A stretch of DNA of 53,484 nt from Candidatus Eiseniibacteriota bacterium (GTDB taxonomy: Bacteria > Eisenbacteria > RBG-16-71-46 > JAGVPR01), in the NCBI GenBank assembly GCA_020052115.1, contig JAGVPR010000320.1, forward strand, positions 1 through 53,484, written 5' to 3'. The position numbers and the translations under genes were made by a program. The notes under the pieces were generated by a model. That model did not search any database, was not told where the DNA came from, and was given only the letters and a program-made list of their open reading frames with translations. Positions 36,570-45,872 of the stretch are shown in pieces. Within the stretch, counting starts at the first letter, position 1. Each line of letters starts with the position of its first letter.

Positions 36570-36866
36570 CTAGGCCAACGAGGGTTTTGGAACGTGGAGG
36601 ATTTCGGCTGGCTCTGGAAGCGGCGGCGTGTTCGTGGGCGGCGTCAAGATGACTGTAGGCGCAAGACTCGGAGATGGAGTGTCGAACTGCGTCGCGGCGA
36701 CCTGGTTCCGCTCCAGGCAGCAAACACAGAGCGGGCAAGAAGTAGCGCACGCATCCCGAGGGGCTGCCTCATCGGACTCGCAGCAGCTATCAGCAGGACA
36801 CAGCGCCAGGGCGGCATGCTGCCCGACCGAAAGGAGCACGAGGAAGCTTAACATTAAGTAACGCAT
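36570..36866 (-). CDS. Small secreted Cys-rich protein (98 aa, 8 Cys), unknown function
   Basis: Signal peptide MRYLMLSFLVLLSVGQHAALA, then LCPADSCCESDEAAPRDACATSCPLCVCC and a Pro-rich tail ending ILHVPKPSLA. Same strand as the OMF gene, 180 nt upstream of it. Confidence 0.5.
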   Translation of the reverse strand: MRYLMLSFLVLLSVGQHAALALCPADSCCESDEAAPRDACATSCPLCVCCLERNQVAATQFDTPSPSLAPTVILTPPTNTPPLPEPAEILHVPKPSLA

Positions 36867-37047
36867 TACAGTGAATGATACCGACTTCTGAGCGGCGATG
36901 CAACTTCATTCGCGGCGACCGGCCTCGTTCCTGTTGCCGCCTCGACGAGATGGCCGGTGGCATCCACGGCGACGGGCAGCGGCCAGGCCCGCCACGGCGG
37001 CAACGAACGCGACGCGGCCGCTGCTTCCAGCCGAGCGGCGGCTCGTC

Positions 37048-37449
37048 TCAGGCGCTTCCGCCATCCGGGGGAACCCCGCCAACATCTCCGTCATCAGATA
37101 CGTCCGACCAGATCGCAGCGTCGCCGCGTTCCCCTGTCCGAACCCGAACCGCTTCCTCCACCGGAAGAACGAAGACCTTGCCGTCACCGCGGTTGCCGGT
37201 GTGAGCGGAACCACACAACGCCTGGACGGCAGCAGCGACCATCTCATCCCGCACGAAGATCTCCAGCCGGAGCTTGTGAGTGAACTCCTCCAGTTCTTCC
37301 TGCAGGCTGTGCGTCCTGGACATCTTCATCCCCCGACCGAATCCTCGGACCTCGGAGACCGACATGCCCGGAAACTCCGGCAACTGCAGGAGGGCCGCGG
37401 TGATCTTGTCAAGAAGGAACGGCTGTACGAATGCTCGAATCTCCTTCAC
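37048..37449 (-). CDS. P-II (GlnB)-superfamily protein with a divergent T-loop, at the end of an RND operon
   Basis: MKEIRAFVQPFLLDKITAAL...MSVSEVRGFGRG...GDGKVFVLPVEEAVRVRTGERGDAA. The T-loop lacks the usual Tyr-containing RGAEY. Lies 25 nt after the RND stop. Confidence 0.8.
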   Translation of the reverse strand: MKEIRAFVQPFLLDKITAALLQLPEFPGMSVSEVRGFGRGMKMSRTHSLQEELEEFTHKLRLEIFVRDEMVAAAVQALCGSAHTGNRGDGKVFVLPVEEAVRVRTGERGDAAIWSDVSDDGDVGGVPPDGGSA

Positions 37450-37474
37450 GAGTGACTCCTTTCGACTACGGCTC

Positions 37475-40400
37475 TTAGAATTCCGCCCGCTCCCGCTCGA
37501 ACCACTTGTAGAGGGTCGGCAACACCACCAAGGTCAACAGCGTCGAGGTAAAGAGGCCGCCCACCACGACCGTAGCAAGCGGTCGTTGCACCTCAGAACC
37601 GATGCCGTGCGAAAGCAGGAGCGGGATGAGGCCCAAGCTCGCCGCGGTGGCGGTCATGAGAACCGGCCGCAGCCGTCGCTCGCATCCCGTGCGGATGGCA
37701 TCATCAAGAGCGAGACCTTCGCGGCGTAGCTGATTGATGTACGACACGAGGACCACGCCGTTCAGAACCGCCACGCCAAACAGCGCAATGAATCCAACAG
37801 AGGAGGGAACGCTCAAATACTGTCCGGAGAGGTAAAGCGCCCAGATTCCGCCGATCATGGCGAATGGGACGTTGAGCAGGATCAGCAGCGCGTTCCGAAC
37901 CGATCCGAAGGACAGATAGAGAAGGACGAAGATCAGAAGAATGGCAAGCGGGATCACCACGGCCAAGGTCTTCTGCGCCCGCTGTTGATTCTCGAACTGC
38001 CCCCCCCACACCACATAGTACCCCTCAGGCAACCGGACCTTCCGGTCCATCGCCTGCATCCCCTCCTTTACGAAGCCCCCGAGATCCCGGTCCCGGACGT
38101 TGCACTGGATCACGACCCGGCGTTGAGCAGCTTCCCGGCTCACGATGGGAGGACCTTCCTGCACCTCGACGCTCGCAACCCTGGAGAGGGGCACGCGGGC
38201 GCCGGAGGGGGTCGACACGAGCAAGTTGCGGATAGCGTCAATGTCCTTTCGATTCGCCTCTGCCAACCGAAGGTACACGGCGAATCGCTTCTGGCCGTCA
38301 AGGATTTCGGTCACCTCTTGGCCGCCGATCGCGTTGGAGACGAGGTTCATTACGTCATCAACGTTTACCCCGAAGCGGGCGATCTCGTCCCGATCCACGG
38401 CGACGACGATCTGCGCCTCGCCGCTCACGGCTTCAAGCGCAACGTCTCTTGCGCCCGGAATCGAGCGGATCACGCTTTCAATCTCCCGGCCTTTCCTCTC
38501 CAGCACGCCCAGATCCTCGCCGAAGAGTTTGACCGCAATCTGGGCCTTCACGCCGGCAAGGAGTTCGTCCACGCGGGTCGCAATGGGCTGGCTGAAGTTG
38601 AGCAGGATGCCGGGGTGCTGAGAGAGATCCGTCTCAAGTCTCGCCACGAGTTCGCCCCTTGACCGGACCGTCTTCCACTCGCTGATCGGCTTCAGTCCGA
38701 CGAAGATCTCATTATTCGAGATCCCCTCGGGATCGCCTCCAAGCTCCGCTCTCCCAATCTGTGAGAAGGTGTAGGTGACCTCCGGGTAGCGCATGATGAG
38801 CTTCTCCATGCGCGTCGAAATCCGCTTTGCCTCCTCCAGCGACACACTCGGATTCATCGTGACGCGGATCGTCAGCGTGCCCTCCTCGAGTTCGGGGACG
38901 AACTCGCTCCCCAGGCGCGGCAGCACCGCCAGTGCGCCGACCAGGAGCGCGACCCCGATTCCCAGGACCATGAAGCGCCGTCGGAGAGCCACCCCCAGCA
39001 CCGGAGAATAGACCCGGTGAAGGAAGCGCATGAGAAAGCTCTCCTTCTCGGACAGCCTCCCCTGAAGGATGTAGGTCGCCAGCACCGGCACGACGGTCAG
39101 GGCGACAAGAATCGACCCGAGCATGGCGAAGCTGATCGTGAAGGCCAGAGGCTTGAAGAGCTTCCCTTCAACGCCCTGCAGCGTGAACAGTGGAAGAAAA
39201 ACGACCACGATGATCAACACCGCGAAGAACACGGGAGAAGCGACCTCTCGCGCCGCGTGGAGGATCGATCCCCCCCGCCCCTCTCCCGTCGCCGCAGCCT
39301 CCGCGCGGTGACGGAAGATGTTCTCCACCATCACGACGGAGCCGTCCACCATCATCCCGATCCCGATCGCGAGCCCGCCGAGCGACATGAGGTTGGCGGA
39401 AACGCCGAACCGATTCATCATCACGACCGCGATGAGGATCGATAGCGGTATCGAGAGAACCACCAGAAGCGCGGACCGCACGTTCCAAAGAAAGAGAAAG
39501 AGGATGACGACAATCAGCACGACCGAGAGCAGTAGCGCATCCGTGACCGTCCGAACGGCATGGGCGACCAAGTCCGCCTGGTCGTAGACGGACACGATCC
39601 GCACATCCTGCGGGAGCGTCTTCTGAATCGAAGCGATCTTCTCCTCGACGCGCTCGATCACATCCTTCGTATTGGCTCCCTTGAGCATCAGGACGATTCC
39701 GGCCACCACTTCGCCGCGGCCGTTCATCGTCACGGCCCCCTGCCGGATCTCGCCGCCGTACCCGACCTCGGCGATGTCCCGCACGTAGACCGGCGTGCCG
39801 TCGATCGACTTGACGACGACGTTCCCGATGTCAACGAGACCCGGCTCCCCCCCTCGAATCAGACCCGTCCCCCGGATCACGAACTGCTCGGATCCCTGGT
39901 CCAGATACCAGCCGCCGGCATTCCGGTTGTTCCTGCCGAGCGTCTCCGCGATCTCGTTCAACGTCAGGTCATACTTCAGGCACTTGGTCGGATCGACACG
40001 CACTTGGTACTGGCGAACCTCGCCCCCGAAACTCAGGACGTCCGTGACGCCAGGCACCGTTCGCAGCTGGAACTTCACTGTCCAATCATTCAGTGTCCGA
40101 AGGTCCATGGCGGAGCGCGCATCGCTTTCCAGCACATACTTGTAGATCTGCCCCAATCCGGTCGTAATCGGGCCGAGTTCGGGATCCCCCAGTCCGTCCG
40201 GAATCTCTTCCCTTGCGACCTGAAGCCGCTCAAGAACGAGCTGGCGGGCGAAGTAGACATCGACGTCGTCACGGAACACGATTGTGACGACGGACAGGCC
40301 CGTCTTCGACATCGAGCGGACGTCTGTAATCCCGGGCAGACCGCTCATCGCCGCCTCGATCGGAAAGGTCACGAACTGCTCCACCTCGACTGCAGCAAGG

Positions 40401-40564
40401 CCAGGGGATTCCGTGTTGACCTGTACTTGCACATTCGTGACATCCGGGAACGCATCCACGGGGAGGTGGAGCACGGCATAGACGCCGTAGGCCACCAGGA
40501 GTACTGCTAGGACCAGAACCAGGAAGCGCTGCTTGAGCGCCGATTCAATGGCGCGCTGGAGCAT
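37475..40564 (-). CDS. Heavy-metal-efflux RND pump, second paralog (TM4 motif AIG-DGS-VEN)
   Basis: 1029 aa, by-eye roughly 40-50% identical to the first pump over the N-terminus. TM4 reads LAIGIGMMVDGSVVMVEN; the first Asp of the DFG motif is absent. Confidence 0.88.
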   Translation of the reverse strand: MLQRAIESALKQRFLVLVLAVLLVAYGVYAVLHLPVDAFPDVTNVQVQVNTESPGLAAVEVEQFVTFPIEAAMSGLPGITDVRSMSKTGLSVVTIVFRDDVDVYFARQLVLERLQVAREEIPDGLGDPELGPITTGLGQIYKYVLESDARSAMDLRTLNDWTVKFQLRTVPGVTDVLSFGGEVRQYQVRVDPTKCLKYDLTLNEIAETLGRNNRNAGGWYLDQGSEQFVIRGTGLIRGGEPGLVDIGNVVVKSIDGTPVYVRDIAEVGYGGEIRQGAVTMNGRGEVVAGIVLMLKGANTKDVIERVEEKIASIQKTLPQDVRIVSVYDQADLVAHAVRTVTDALLLSVVLIVVILFLFLWNVRSALLVVLSIPLSILIAVVMMNRFGVSANLMSLGGLAIGIGMMVDGSVVMVENIFRHRAEAAATGEGRGGSILHAAREVASPVFFAVLIIVVVFLPLFTLQGVEGKLFKPLAFTISFAMLGSILVALTVVPVLATYILQGRLSEKESFLMRFLHRVYSPVLGVALRRRFMVLGIGVALLVGALAVLPRLGSEFVPELEEGTLTIRVTMNPSVSLEEAKRISTRMEKLIMRYPEVTYTFSQIGRAELGGDPEGISNNEIFVGLKPISEWKTVRSRGELVARLETDLSQHPGILLNFSQPIATRVDELLAGVKAQIAVKLFGEDLGVLERKGREIESVIRSIPGARDVALEAVSGEAQIVVAVDRDEIARFGVNVDDVMNLVSNAIGGQEVTEILDGQKRFAVYLRLAEANRKDIDAIRNLLVSTPSGARVPLSRVASVEVQEGPPIVSREAAQRRVVIQCNVRDRDLGGFVKEGMQAMDRKVRLPEGYYVVWGGQFENQQRAQKTLAVVIPLAILLIFVLLYLSFGSVRNALLILLNVPFAMIGGIWALYLSGQYLSVPSSVGFIALFGVAVLNGVVLVSYINQLRREGLALDDAIRTGCERRLRPVLMTATAASLGLIPLLLSHGIGSEVQRPLATVVVGGLFTSTLLTLVVLPTLYKWFERERAEF

Positions 40565-40594
40565 GAAGGACCTCCCCTTGAGGAATCAGTTGCC

Positions 40595-41731
40595 CTATTC
40601 CCCGAACCCGCTCTTGAGCATCTCCGACTTGAGGGTGAACGCCCCATCGGTGACGACGGAGTCTCCCTCTTGCAGTCCGCGGGTGATCTCGACATCGGCT
40701 CCAGACGTGACACCCGGATCGACATCCTGACGGAAGAATCGGCCGTCCCTGGCGACGAACACGAAGCGCGTCATTCCCTCTTGTTGCAATGCCCCGGCAG
40801 GGATAGCAAGCGCTTGCCGCGCTGGGCCGCGATCGATGTCGCCGTCGACGAACATCCCGGGCTTCAATCGGCCGTCCTGATTGGCGACCTCGACGCGGAC
40901 CTTCACTGTCCGCGTTGCTTCGTCCATCACGTTGTTCACGAGAGCGACCTTGCCGGTGAACACGTCATCCGAATAAGCGCCTACCTTGATCAAGACGCCG
41001 GCCCCGACCTTCACCGAAGCGAGGTCCTTCTCGAACACATCCAGTAGGGCCCAGACGGTGCGGAGGTCCGAGATAAGGCACACTTCGGTTCCCGCCTCGA
41101 CGCGATGGCCCGGGACCATGGTGTTTTCCAGAATGGTCCCGTCAAAGGGCGAATGGAGATGGAGGGTCGGGCTGACCTCGCCTGCTTGCAGCAGGGCATC
41201 GAGCTCTTCCTCGCTCTCCCCGAAGAGGAGGAGCCGTTTTCTGGCAGAAGCGTAGATGGCGCGCGTCGTTTCGATCTCCGCTGCATCACCTTTCGCCTCA
41301 GCCTTCTCGAGACGACTCCGGGCACCGAACAATTCCCCTTCGGCCGTCTGGTATTCGGGGCTGTAGATCGTTAGAACGATGTCCCCGCGTCGAACATGGT
41401 CCCCTTGGATCCGCCGGACTTCCTCCACCCAGCCCGGAAGGCGGCTTACGATTCGGGTCACACGGCGACCGTTGACCTGGATCTCTCCTGTCGCGTGCGT
41501 GCGGTCCCATACTTCCCCATAGCGGACCGGCTCGGTCCTCACCTCTGCCAGTGCGCGCGATGCGGCGGAAAGTGCGATCCCCGCGACGGCGGCGTCCCCT
41601 GACGGCACCGCGCTGGACGTGTCCTCGGCCACGCTTCCATCCGTGGACCTTCTGTCCCCGCACCCGGGGAGAAGGGCGGCGAAGCTTGCCGCCAGGAGGA
41701 GTGAGAGTGCGCTTCGGGTCCTGTGGTGCAC
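40595..41731 (-). CDS. RND periplasmic adaptor (MFP) lipoprotein
   Basis: LLPGC lipobox. MFP-typical lipoyl/hairpin/beta-barrel layout. No Cys/His N-terminal repeats. Confidence 0.85.
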   Translation of the reverse strand: MHHRTRSALSLLLAASFAALLPGCGDRRSTDGSVAEDTSSAVPSGDAAVAGIALSAASRALAEVRTEPVRYGEVWDRTHATGEIQVNGRRVTRIVSRLPGWVEEVRRIQGDHVRRGDIVLTIYSPEYQTAEGELFGARSRLEKAEAKGDAAEIETTRAIYASARKRLLLFGESEEELDALLQAGEVSPTLHLHSPFDGTILENTMVPGHRVEAGTEVCLISDLRTVWALLDVFEKDLASVKVGAGVLIKVGAYSDDVFTGKVALVNNVMDEATRTVKVRVEVANQDGRLKPGMFVDGDIDRGPARQALAIPAGALQQEGMTRFVFVARDGRFFRQDVDPGVTSGADVEITRGLQEGDSVVTDGAFTLKSEMLKSGFGE

Positions 41732-41743
41732 GGTTCCTCCAAT

Positions 41744-43018
41744 CTATGGCTCGATGTCGCCTGCAGCGTCCAGCCGAGCCCGTGCGGAAAGATACTGATA
41801 GAGTGAGCGGCTGTACTCGGTCCGGGAGTCAATGTAAGTCCGGTAGATGTCTATCAGGTTCAGAGCGTCAACCTGATCCGTGCGGTAGGCATCGATTCCC
41901 GCGCGCAGCTCGCTCTCGATATCGTCCAGGATCGAGGATTCGAACAGATTCACCTGTGCGCGTGTGGTGATGACAGTTTCAAAGGCCTGTTCAGCAGCCG
42001 TGCGCACCGCTCGTTGCGCCGCGGTAAGATTCACTTCTTCTCGACCGACGTTTGCACCCGCCTCCCGGACCATCCCTGTTGGCGCCGTCCACCACCAGAG
42101 CGGCAGCGCCAAGCCGAGTCCCGTCCCCCACCTTGCGGTCGTCTCGCCTCCATCTCGGAGCTTCGTCCCCGAGAGCTGGATCTCTATGTCGGGCAGCCGT
42201 TCCTTCCCCGCCAGCTTTCGCGCGGCTCGCGCCGCCTCCAGCCTCACCCTCGCCGCCTCAAGGAGAGCACTCTCTTCCACCACTCGGGAGATTGCCGCCT
42301 CTCGGTCGAGCGTTTCCTGCGGCGCGACAAGGGGTGTCACGAGTTCGATCCGTCCAGATCCTGGCCTCCCCATGAGCAGGTTCAGGTCCGCTCTCGCGCG
42401 CTCCGCCTCGCGTCGAGCCTCGAGGAGATCGTTGCGCAGGCGACTCAGCTCGACTTTCGCTCGGACAACGTCGAGGTAGCCCCCACGGCCGACCTCAAAA
42501 CGACTCCGAGTAGTCTGAAGGAACTCGGTCAGGAGGGCTTCCGACGTCTCCAAGCTCTGAACTCTCTCCTCTTGAAACCGTGCGAAGTAGTAGGTCTCTT
42601 TCACGCCAGCCCCCAGCCGTCTCTGGATCCGGCGCTCGTCCGCTTGAAGCGATCGAACCTCGAGACCGGCTACTTCCCCCCGGAGTCCGCGCTTGCCGGG
42701 AAACGGGATCCCCTGCGTCACTCCGAGTGTGGTCGTTGCCGCCCGATCGAGGCGTGCACCTGCGATCTCATCGACGCCCACGGTGAGTTGGGGCGGTTCG
42801 AGGCTCGTGGCGACGATTACCCTCCCGCGAGCGGCCTCGATTTCCCGAGCAATCGTCTGGATCTCGGGATTGTGGGACAGAGCGGCCTCGATCGCCTGAT
42901 CCAGAGTGAGAGAAGCTAACTCCTCGGTGGTGGCGGGCGAGCCCTGCGCCCGGGCCCTGGATGGCGCGAGGGAAATCACTGTCAGAGCGAGAAACAGGAT
43001 GCCTCCGCACAGCCGCAT
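41744..43018 (-). CDS. TolC-family outer-membrane efflux factor
   Basis: Signal peptide MRLCGGILFLALTVISLAPSRARA. OEP-like two-repeat composition. Operon position. Confidence 0.8.
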   Translation of the reverse strand: MRLCGGILFLALTVISLAPSRARAQGSPATTEELASLTLDQAIEAALSHNPEIQTIAREIEAARGRVIVATSLEPPQLTVGVDEIAGARLDRAATTTLGVTQGIPFPGKRGLRGEVAGLEVRSLQADERRIQRRLGAGVKETYYFARFQEERVQSLETSEALLTEFLQTTRSRFEVGRGGYLDVVRAKVELSRLRNDLLEARREAERARADLNLLMGRPGSGRIELVTPLVAPQETLDREAAISRVVEESALLEAARVRLEAARAARKLAGKERLPDIEIQLSGTKLRDGGETTARWGTGLGLALPLWWWTAPTGMVREAGANVGREEVNLTAAQRAVRTAAEQAFETVITTRAQVNLFESSILDDIESELRAGIDAYRTDQVDALNLIDIYRTYIDSRTEYSRSLYQYLSARARLDAAGDIEP

Positions 43019-43121
43019 TAGTACCTCCGGATAATCGCTGTAGTCGGCACTAAGGGACGAATAGCCCGAGCAGACGGATGTCGCTCAGAGCGATTCGATG
43101 GTCAACGCGGGAAAAAGCGAA

Positions 43122-43568
43122 TCAGCAGCGAAGGACGAGAGGCGAAACGGAGAACGAACGGATTCCCGAAGAGACCGGGGCGTTCGCCGTAGCAGAATCG
43201 TGAGGGACCATCGCATCCGACCCAAGGAGCACGGGGAGGATGCAATCGGGATTGGGCAGCACCTGATGGGCAGCACGAGCTAATGTAGGATGGCGGACGC
43301 CGTCCATCGGAACGTCTCTGCAGCTTGCGCAACTTTCTGGGTTCTCACCCGACCCTGAGACACCGCGGGTGAGCGAGCCCATCTGGGGAGCGAGGCTGGG
43401 ACAGCATCGAGCAGGCGACGTCTCCACATGCGTGGCGCCGTCAGCGTGCATACAGAGCGAACCTAGATTCCACCCGCCCCAAACGACGAGGTAGGCCGCT
43501 AGGCCGATCCGGGATATCGACCTGGAGAATCGAAGGTACTTGATACGCAGAGCCTTCTGGGCAGTCAT
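43122..43568 (-). CDS. Hypothetical membrane-anchored Cys/His-containing protein upstream of the second efflux operon
   Basis: N-terminal helix IGLAAYLVVWGGW, then LCMHADGATHVETSPARCCPS...ESCASCRDVP. Frame-specific GC3 (~70%) is above the local GC. No clear SD, so this is tentative. Confidence 0.4.
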   Translation of the reverse strand: MTAQKALRIKYLRFSRSISRIGLAAYLVVWGGWNLGSLCMHADGATHVETSPARCCPSLAPQMGSLTRGVSGSGENPESCASCRDVPMDGVRHPTLARAAHQVLPNPDCILPVLLGSDAMVPHDSATANAPVSSGIRSFSVSPLVLRC

Positions 43569-43665
43569 TACTTGCTAGCCTAAACCGGAACCGGACCGAA
43601 TGTCCATCAGAATACTCCTTCCTGTCTTCGGGGGCGCTTGATGGCACCCTGCATGTCCTCGTGCG

Positions 43666-44016
43666 TCAAAAGACCAGCACGCGGTCGGCCTCCAAGGTCC
43701 AAGCGATCAGCTCCTCCATCGAGCCGCGTTTCGCTCCCTCGAGAAGAGCTTCAGGCTTGATCCCCCGGGCATCCATGCAGGTCCCGCAAAGGCCGATCTT
43801 CACCGCCTTGCGCGCAAGCCCCTTCAACATCCGCTCGAGGTTGTAATAGCCGTTCGGCGTCGTCTGTCCGGACACCCCGCTGCTTACCGCATCGCCCATG
43901 AGAAAGACCGACACCTCCGCTCCCTCGGTTCCGGCAAGCGAGTTCGCGAGGCGAATGCCGTTATAGGTCCGCTCGCCTCCGTAGGGCGCATCGTTGAGGA
44001 TGAGGAGGTACTTCAT
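43666..44016 (-). CDS. DsrE/DsrF-family sulfur-relay-like protein
   Basis: 116 aa. MKYLLILNDAPYGGERTYNGIRLA...VSVFLMGDAV...IGLCGTCMDARG is the DsrE/YchN-like fold signature. Confidence 0.75.
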   Translation of the reverse strand: MKYLLILNDAPYGGERTYNGIRLANSLAGTEGAEVSVFLMGDAVSSGVSGQTTPNGYYNLERMLKGLARKAVKIGLCGTCMDARGIKPEALLEGAKRGSMEELIAWTLEADRVLVF

Positions 44017-44037
44017 GCCTGTTCCTTTCTCCGCGAT

Positions 44038-45261
44038 TCACCACCCGAATTCCAGTGGTGGCCAGTCGTTCCGTATGCGGGCCAGGTAGTAGATCTCGAA
44101 GCCAGCTTTCAGGTAATGCGCCCACTTCCCGCGCTTGTGTTGGACCCGATTGCGAGGAGGCAGGAATGGATCGGCGCGCAGCCAGAACGCCGTGTCGCCG
44201 GCGTCGGCGATGCACGAGGCGGCCAGCGTCAGCCCGTCCACTCTTGAGCCTCCGGCGATGTCCGCTGCGATGTTGTGCGCCGCAGCGAGCGCCATCAGGT
44301 CGGTCATCCCTCCGGTCTTTGGCACGGCGACCGGTACGGGAGTCGGAGCGGGAGGAGCGATCGCGATCGCCACGCCCACCGCGTAGATGTTCTCGAACTT
44401 CGTGCTTCGAAGCTCGGGGGTCACCGTGACGAATCCCCGGGGATTCGTGAGTCCCGCTGCTCCCCGGACGAACGGGCTTCCGAGGAAGGCGGGGATCACG
44501 AGGCCGAAGTCGAAGGCGTGTTCGGTCCCGCTCGCCAGGACAAGCCGGTCGGGACGAGCCTCGACGATCCCGGCATTCACGACTCCGGAAATGTGGCGCT
44601 CCGCGAACTCGTCTTCGAACATGCGCCCCGACTTGCCGATGCCGCCGACCCCGAAGTGCCCGACGAAGGGTTCGGGGGTCACGAACTCGATATGGAAGCG
44701 GTGGCGCCGCCGGATCCGCCGGAGGGCGGTGTCAATCTGCATCGCGATCTCGTAGCCGGGACCGATGCAGCTCGCACCCGGAGCGGCACCGATCACGATG
44801 CGTCCGCGATCGAGCCGCAGGGCGCGTGCAAGGGCGTCACGCGCCGCGGCCGCTTCTGCAGTCGTGAAGGTAGATTGCGTGTGCGCATCCGGGCCGATCC
44901 CCGGGACCGCCGCGTAGTCCAGCTCGGCACCGGAGGCGATCACGAGGTAGTCGTAAGGGAAACCCTCGCCGCCCGTGCGCACTTCCGCGCGGTCCGGGTC
45001 GAGTCCCAACACATCCCCGTGAACGAAGCGGATGCCACGTTTCGCCAACGGACCCGCAAGAGACACTTGGAGGCGGGCCGGATCCCGCCAGCCGAGGACC
45101 ACCCACGGCAGCGACGGCATGAACGTGAACTCCGCCTCGCGAGAGATGACCGTGATATTGACTCGGTCGCGCAGCTTGCGGCGGAGAGCGTAGGCCGTGT
45201 TGATCCCGCCGAAGGACCCGCCGACGATGACGATGCGCTTCTTCGAGGGCGTCGCAGCCAT
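44038..45261 (-). CDS. sqr: Sulfide:quinone oxidoreductase-like flavoprotein
   Basis: FAD motif RIVIVGGSFGG. Conserved Cys contexts GASCIGPGYE and LAASCIADAG. C-terminal amphipathic tail. Confidence 0.75.
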   Translation of the reverse strand: MAATPSKKRIVIVGGSFGGINTAYALRRKLRDRVNITVISREAEFTFMPSLPWVVLGWRDPARLQVSLAGPLAKRGIRFVHGDVLGLDPDRAEVRTGGEGFPYDYLVIASGAELDYAAVPGIGPDAHTQSTFTTAEAAAARDALARALRLDRGRIVIGAAPGASCIGPGYEIAMQIDTALRRIRRRHRFHIEFVTPEPFVGHFGVGGIGKSGRMFEDEFAERHISGVVNAGIVEARPDRLVLASGTEHAFDFGLVIPAFLGSPFVRGAAGLTNPRGFVTVTPELRSTKFENIYAVGVAIAIAPPAPTPVPVAVPKTGGMTDLMALAAAHNIAADIAGGSRVDGLTLAASCIADAGDTAFWLRADPFLPPRNRVQHKRGKWAHYLKAGFEIYYLARIRNDWPPLEFGW

Positions 45262-45264
45262 CTC

Positions 45265-45837
45265 CTACTTCCTTCCCGTTGCGGTTGGGGACCGGAGCTT
45301 CGCTAACACGCCCGTGATCTCGTCCTCCGGCGCCCCTGGGTAATGTGTCGCATAGACGATCACGCCGTCCTTGTTGATGATGTAGAGATTCGTCAAGGGA
45401 CACGACCCCGGCACGTAGCGCCCGCTGTATCGGGTCGTCACCTCGCCCTCCGGGTCGTACAGAAACCGCAGAGTGAGGTGGTTCGCACGGACGGCATCCT
45501 CGACGGTCTTCCGGTCCTTCTCGAGCTGGCTCAGCGCGACGACTTCGATCCCCTTCCCGCTGTACTCGCTCTTGATCTTCTCCATTCCTCCGAACTTGGA
45601 CTGGCAGCCCTCGCAAAGATTCGTGAACCACAGGAGGGCCCCTTCGCGGCCTTTCAGATCGGAGAGGGTGAACCGCTTGCCTCGAAAGTCCTTCAGAGTA
45701 AAGTCGGGCGCCTTGTCATTCACGGACGGGGTCTTCTTCGTCCGGGCTCCGGCCTGTTCGGCATGGCTGGGAAGCGGGAATGCAAACACTGCTCCGACGA
45801 GCATGATGCTGCTGAGGGATCGAACCCAGGTCATCAT
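45265..45837 (-). CDS. Periplasmic TlpA/redoxin-family thiol-disulfide oxidoreductase
   Basis: Signal peptide MMTWVRSLSSIMLVGAVFAFPLPSHA. APDFTLKDFRGKRFTLSDLKG...LLWFTNLCEGCQ (CxxC). GGGAG RBS. Confidence 0.8.
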   Translation of the reverse strand: MMTWVRSLSSIMLVGAVFAFPLPSHAEQAGARTKKTPSVNDKAPDFTLKDFRGKRFTLSDLKGREGALLWFTNLCEGCQSKFGGMEKIKSEYSGKGIEVVALSQLEKDRKTVEDAVRANHLTLRFLYDPEGEVTTRYSGRYVPGSCPLTNLYIINKDGVIVYATHYPGAPEDEITGVLAKLRSPTATGRK

Positions 45838-45872
45838 GTTGCTCCCTCTTCGTGGTTCGAAGTTCACCTAGA

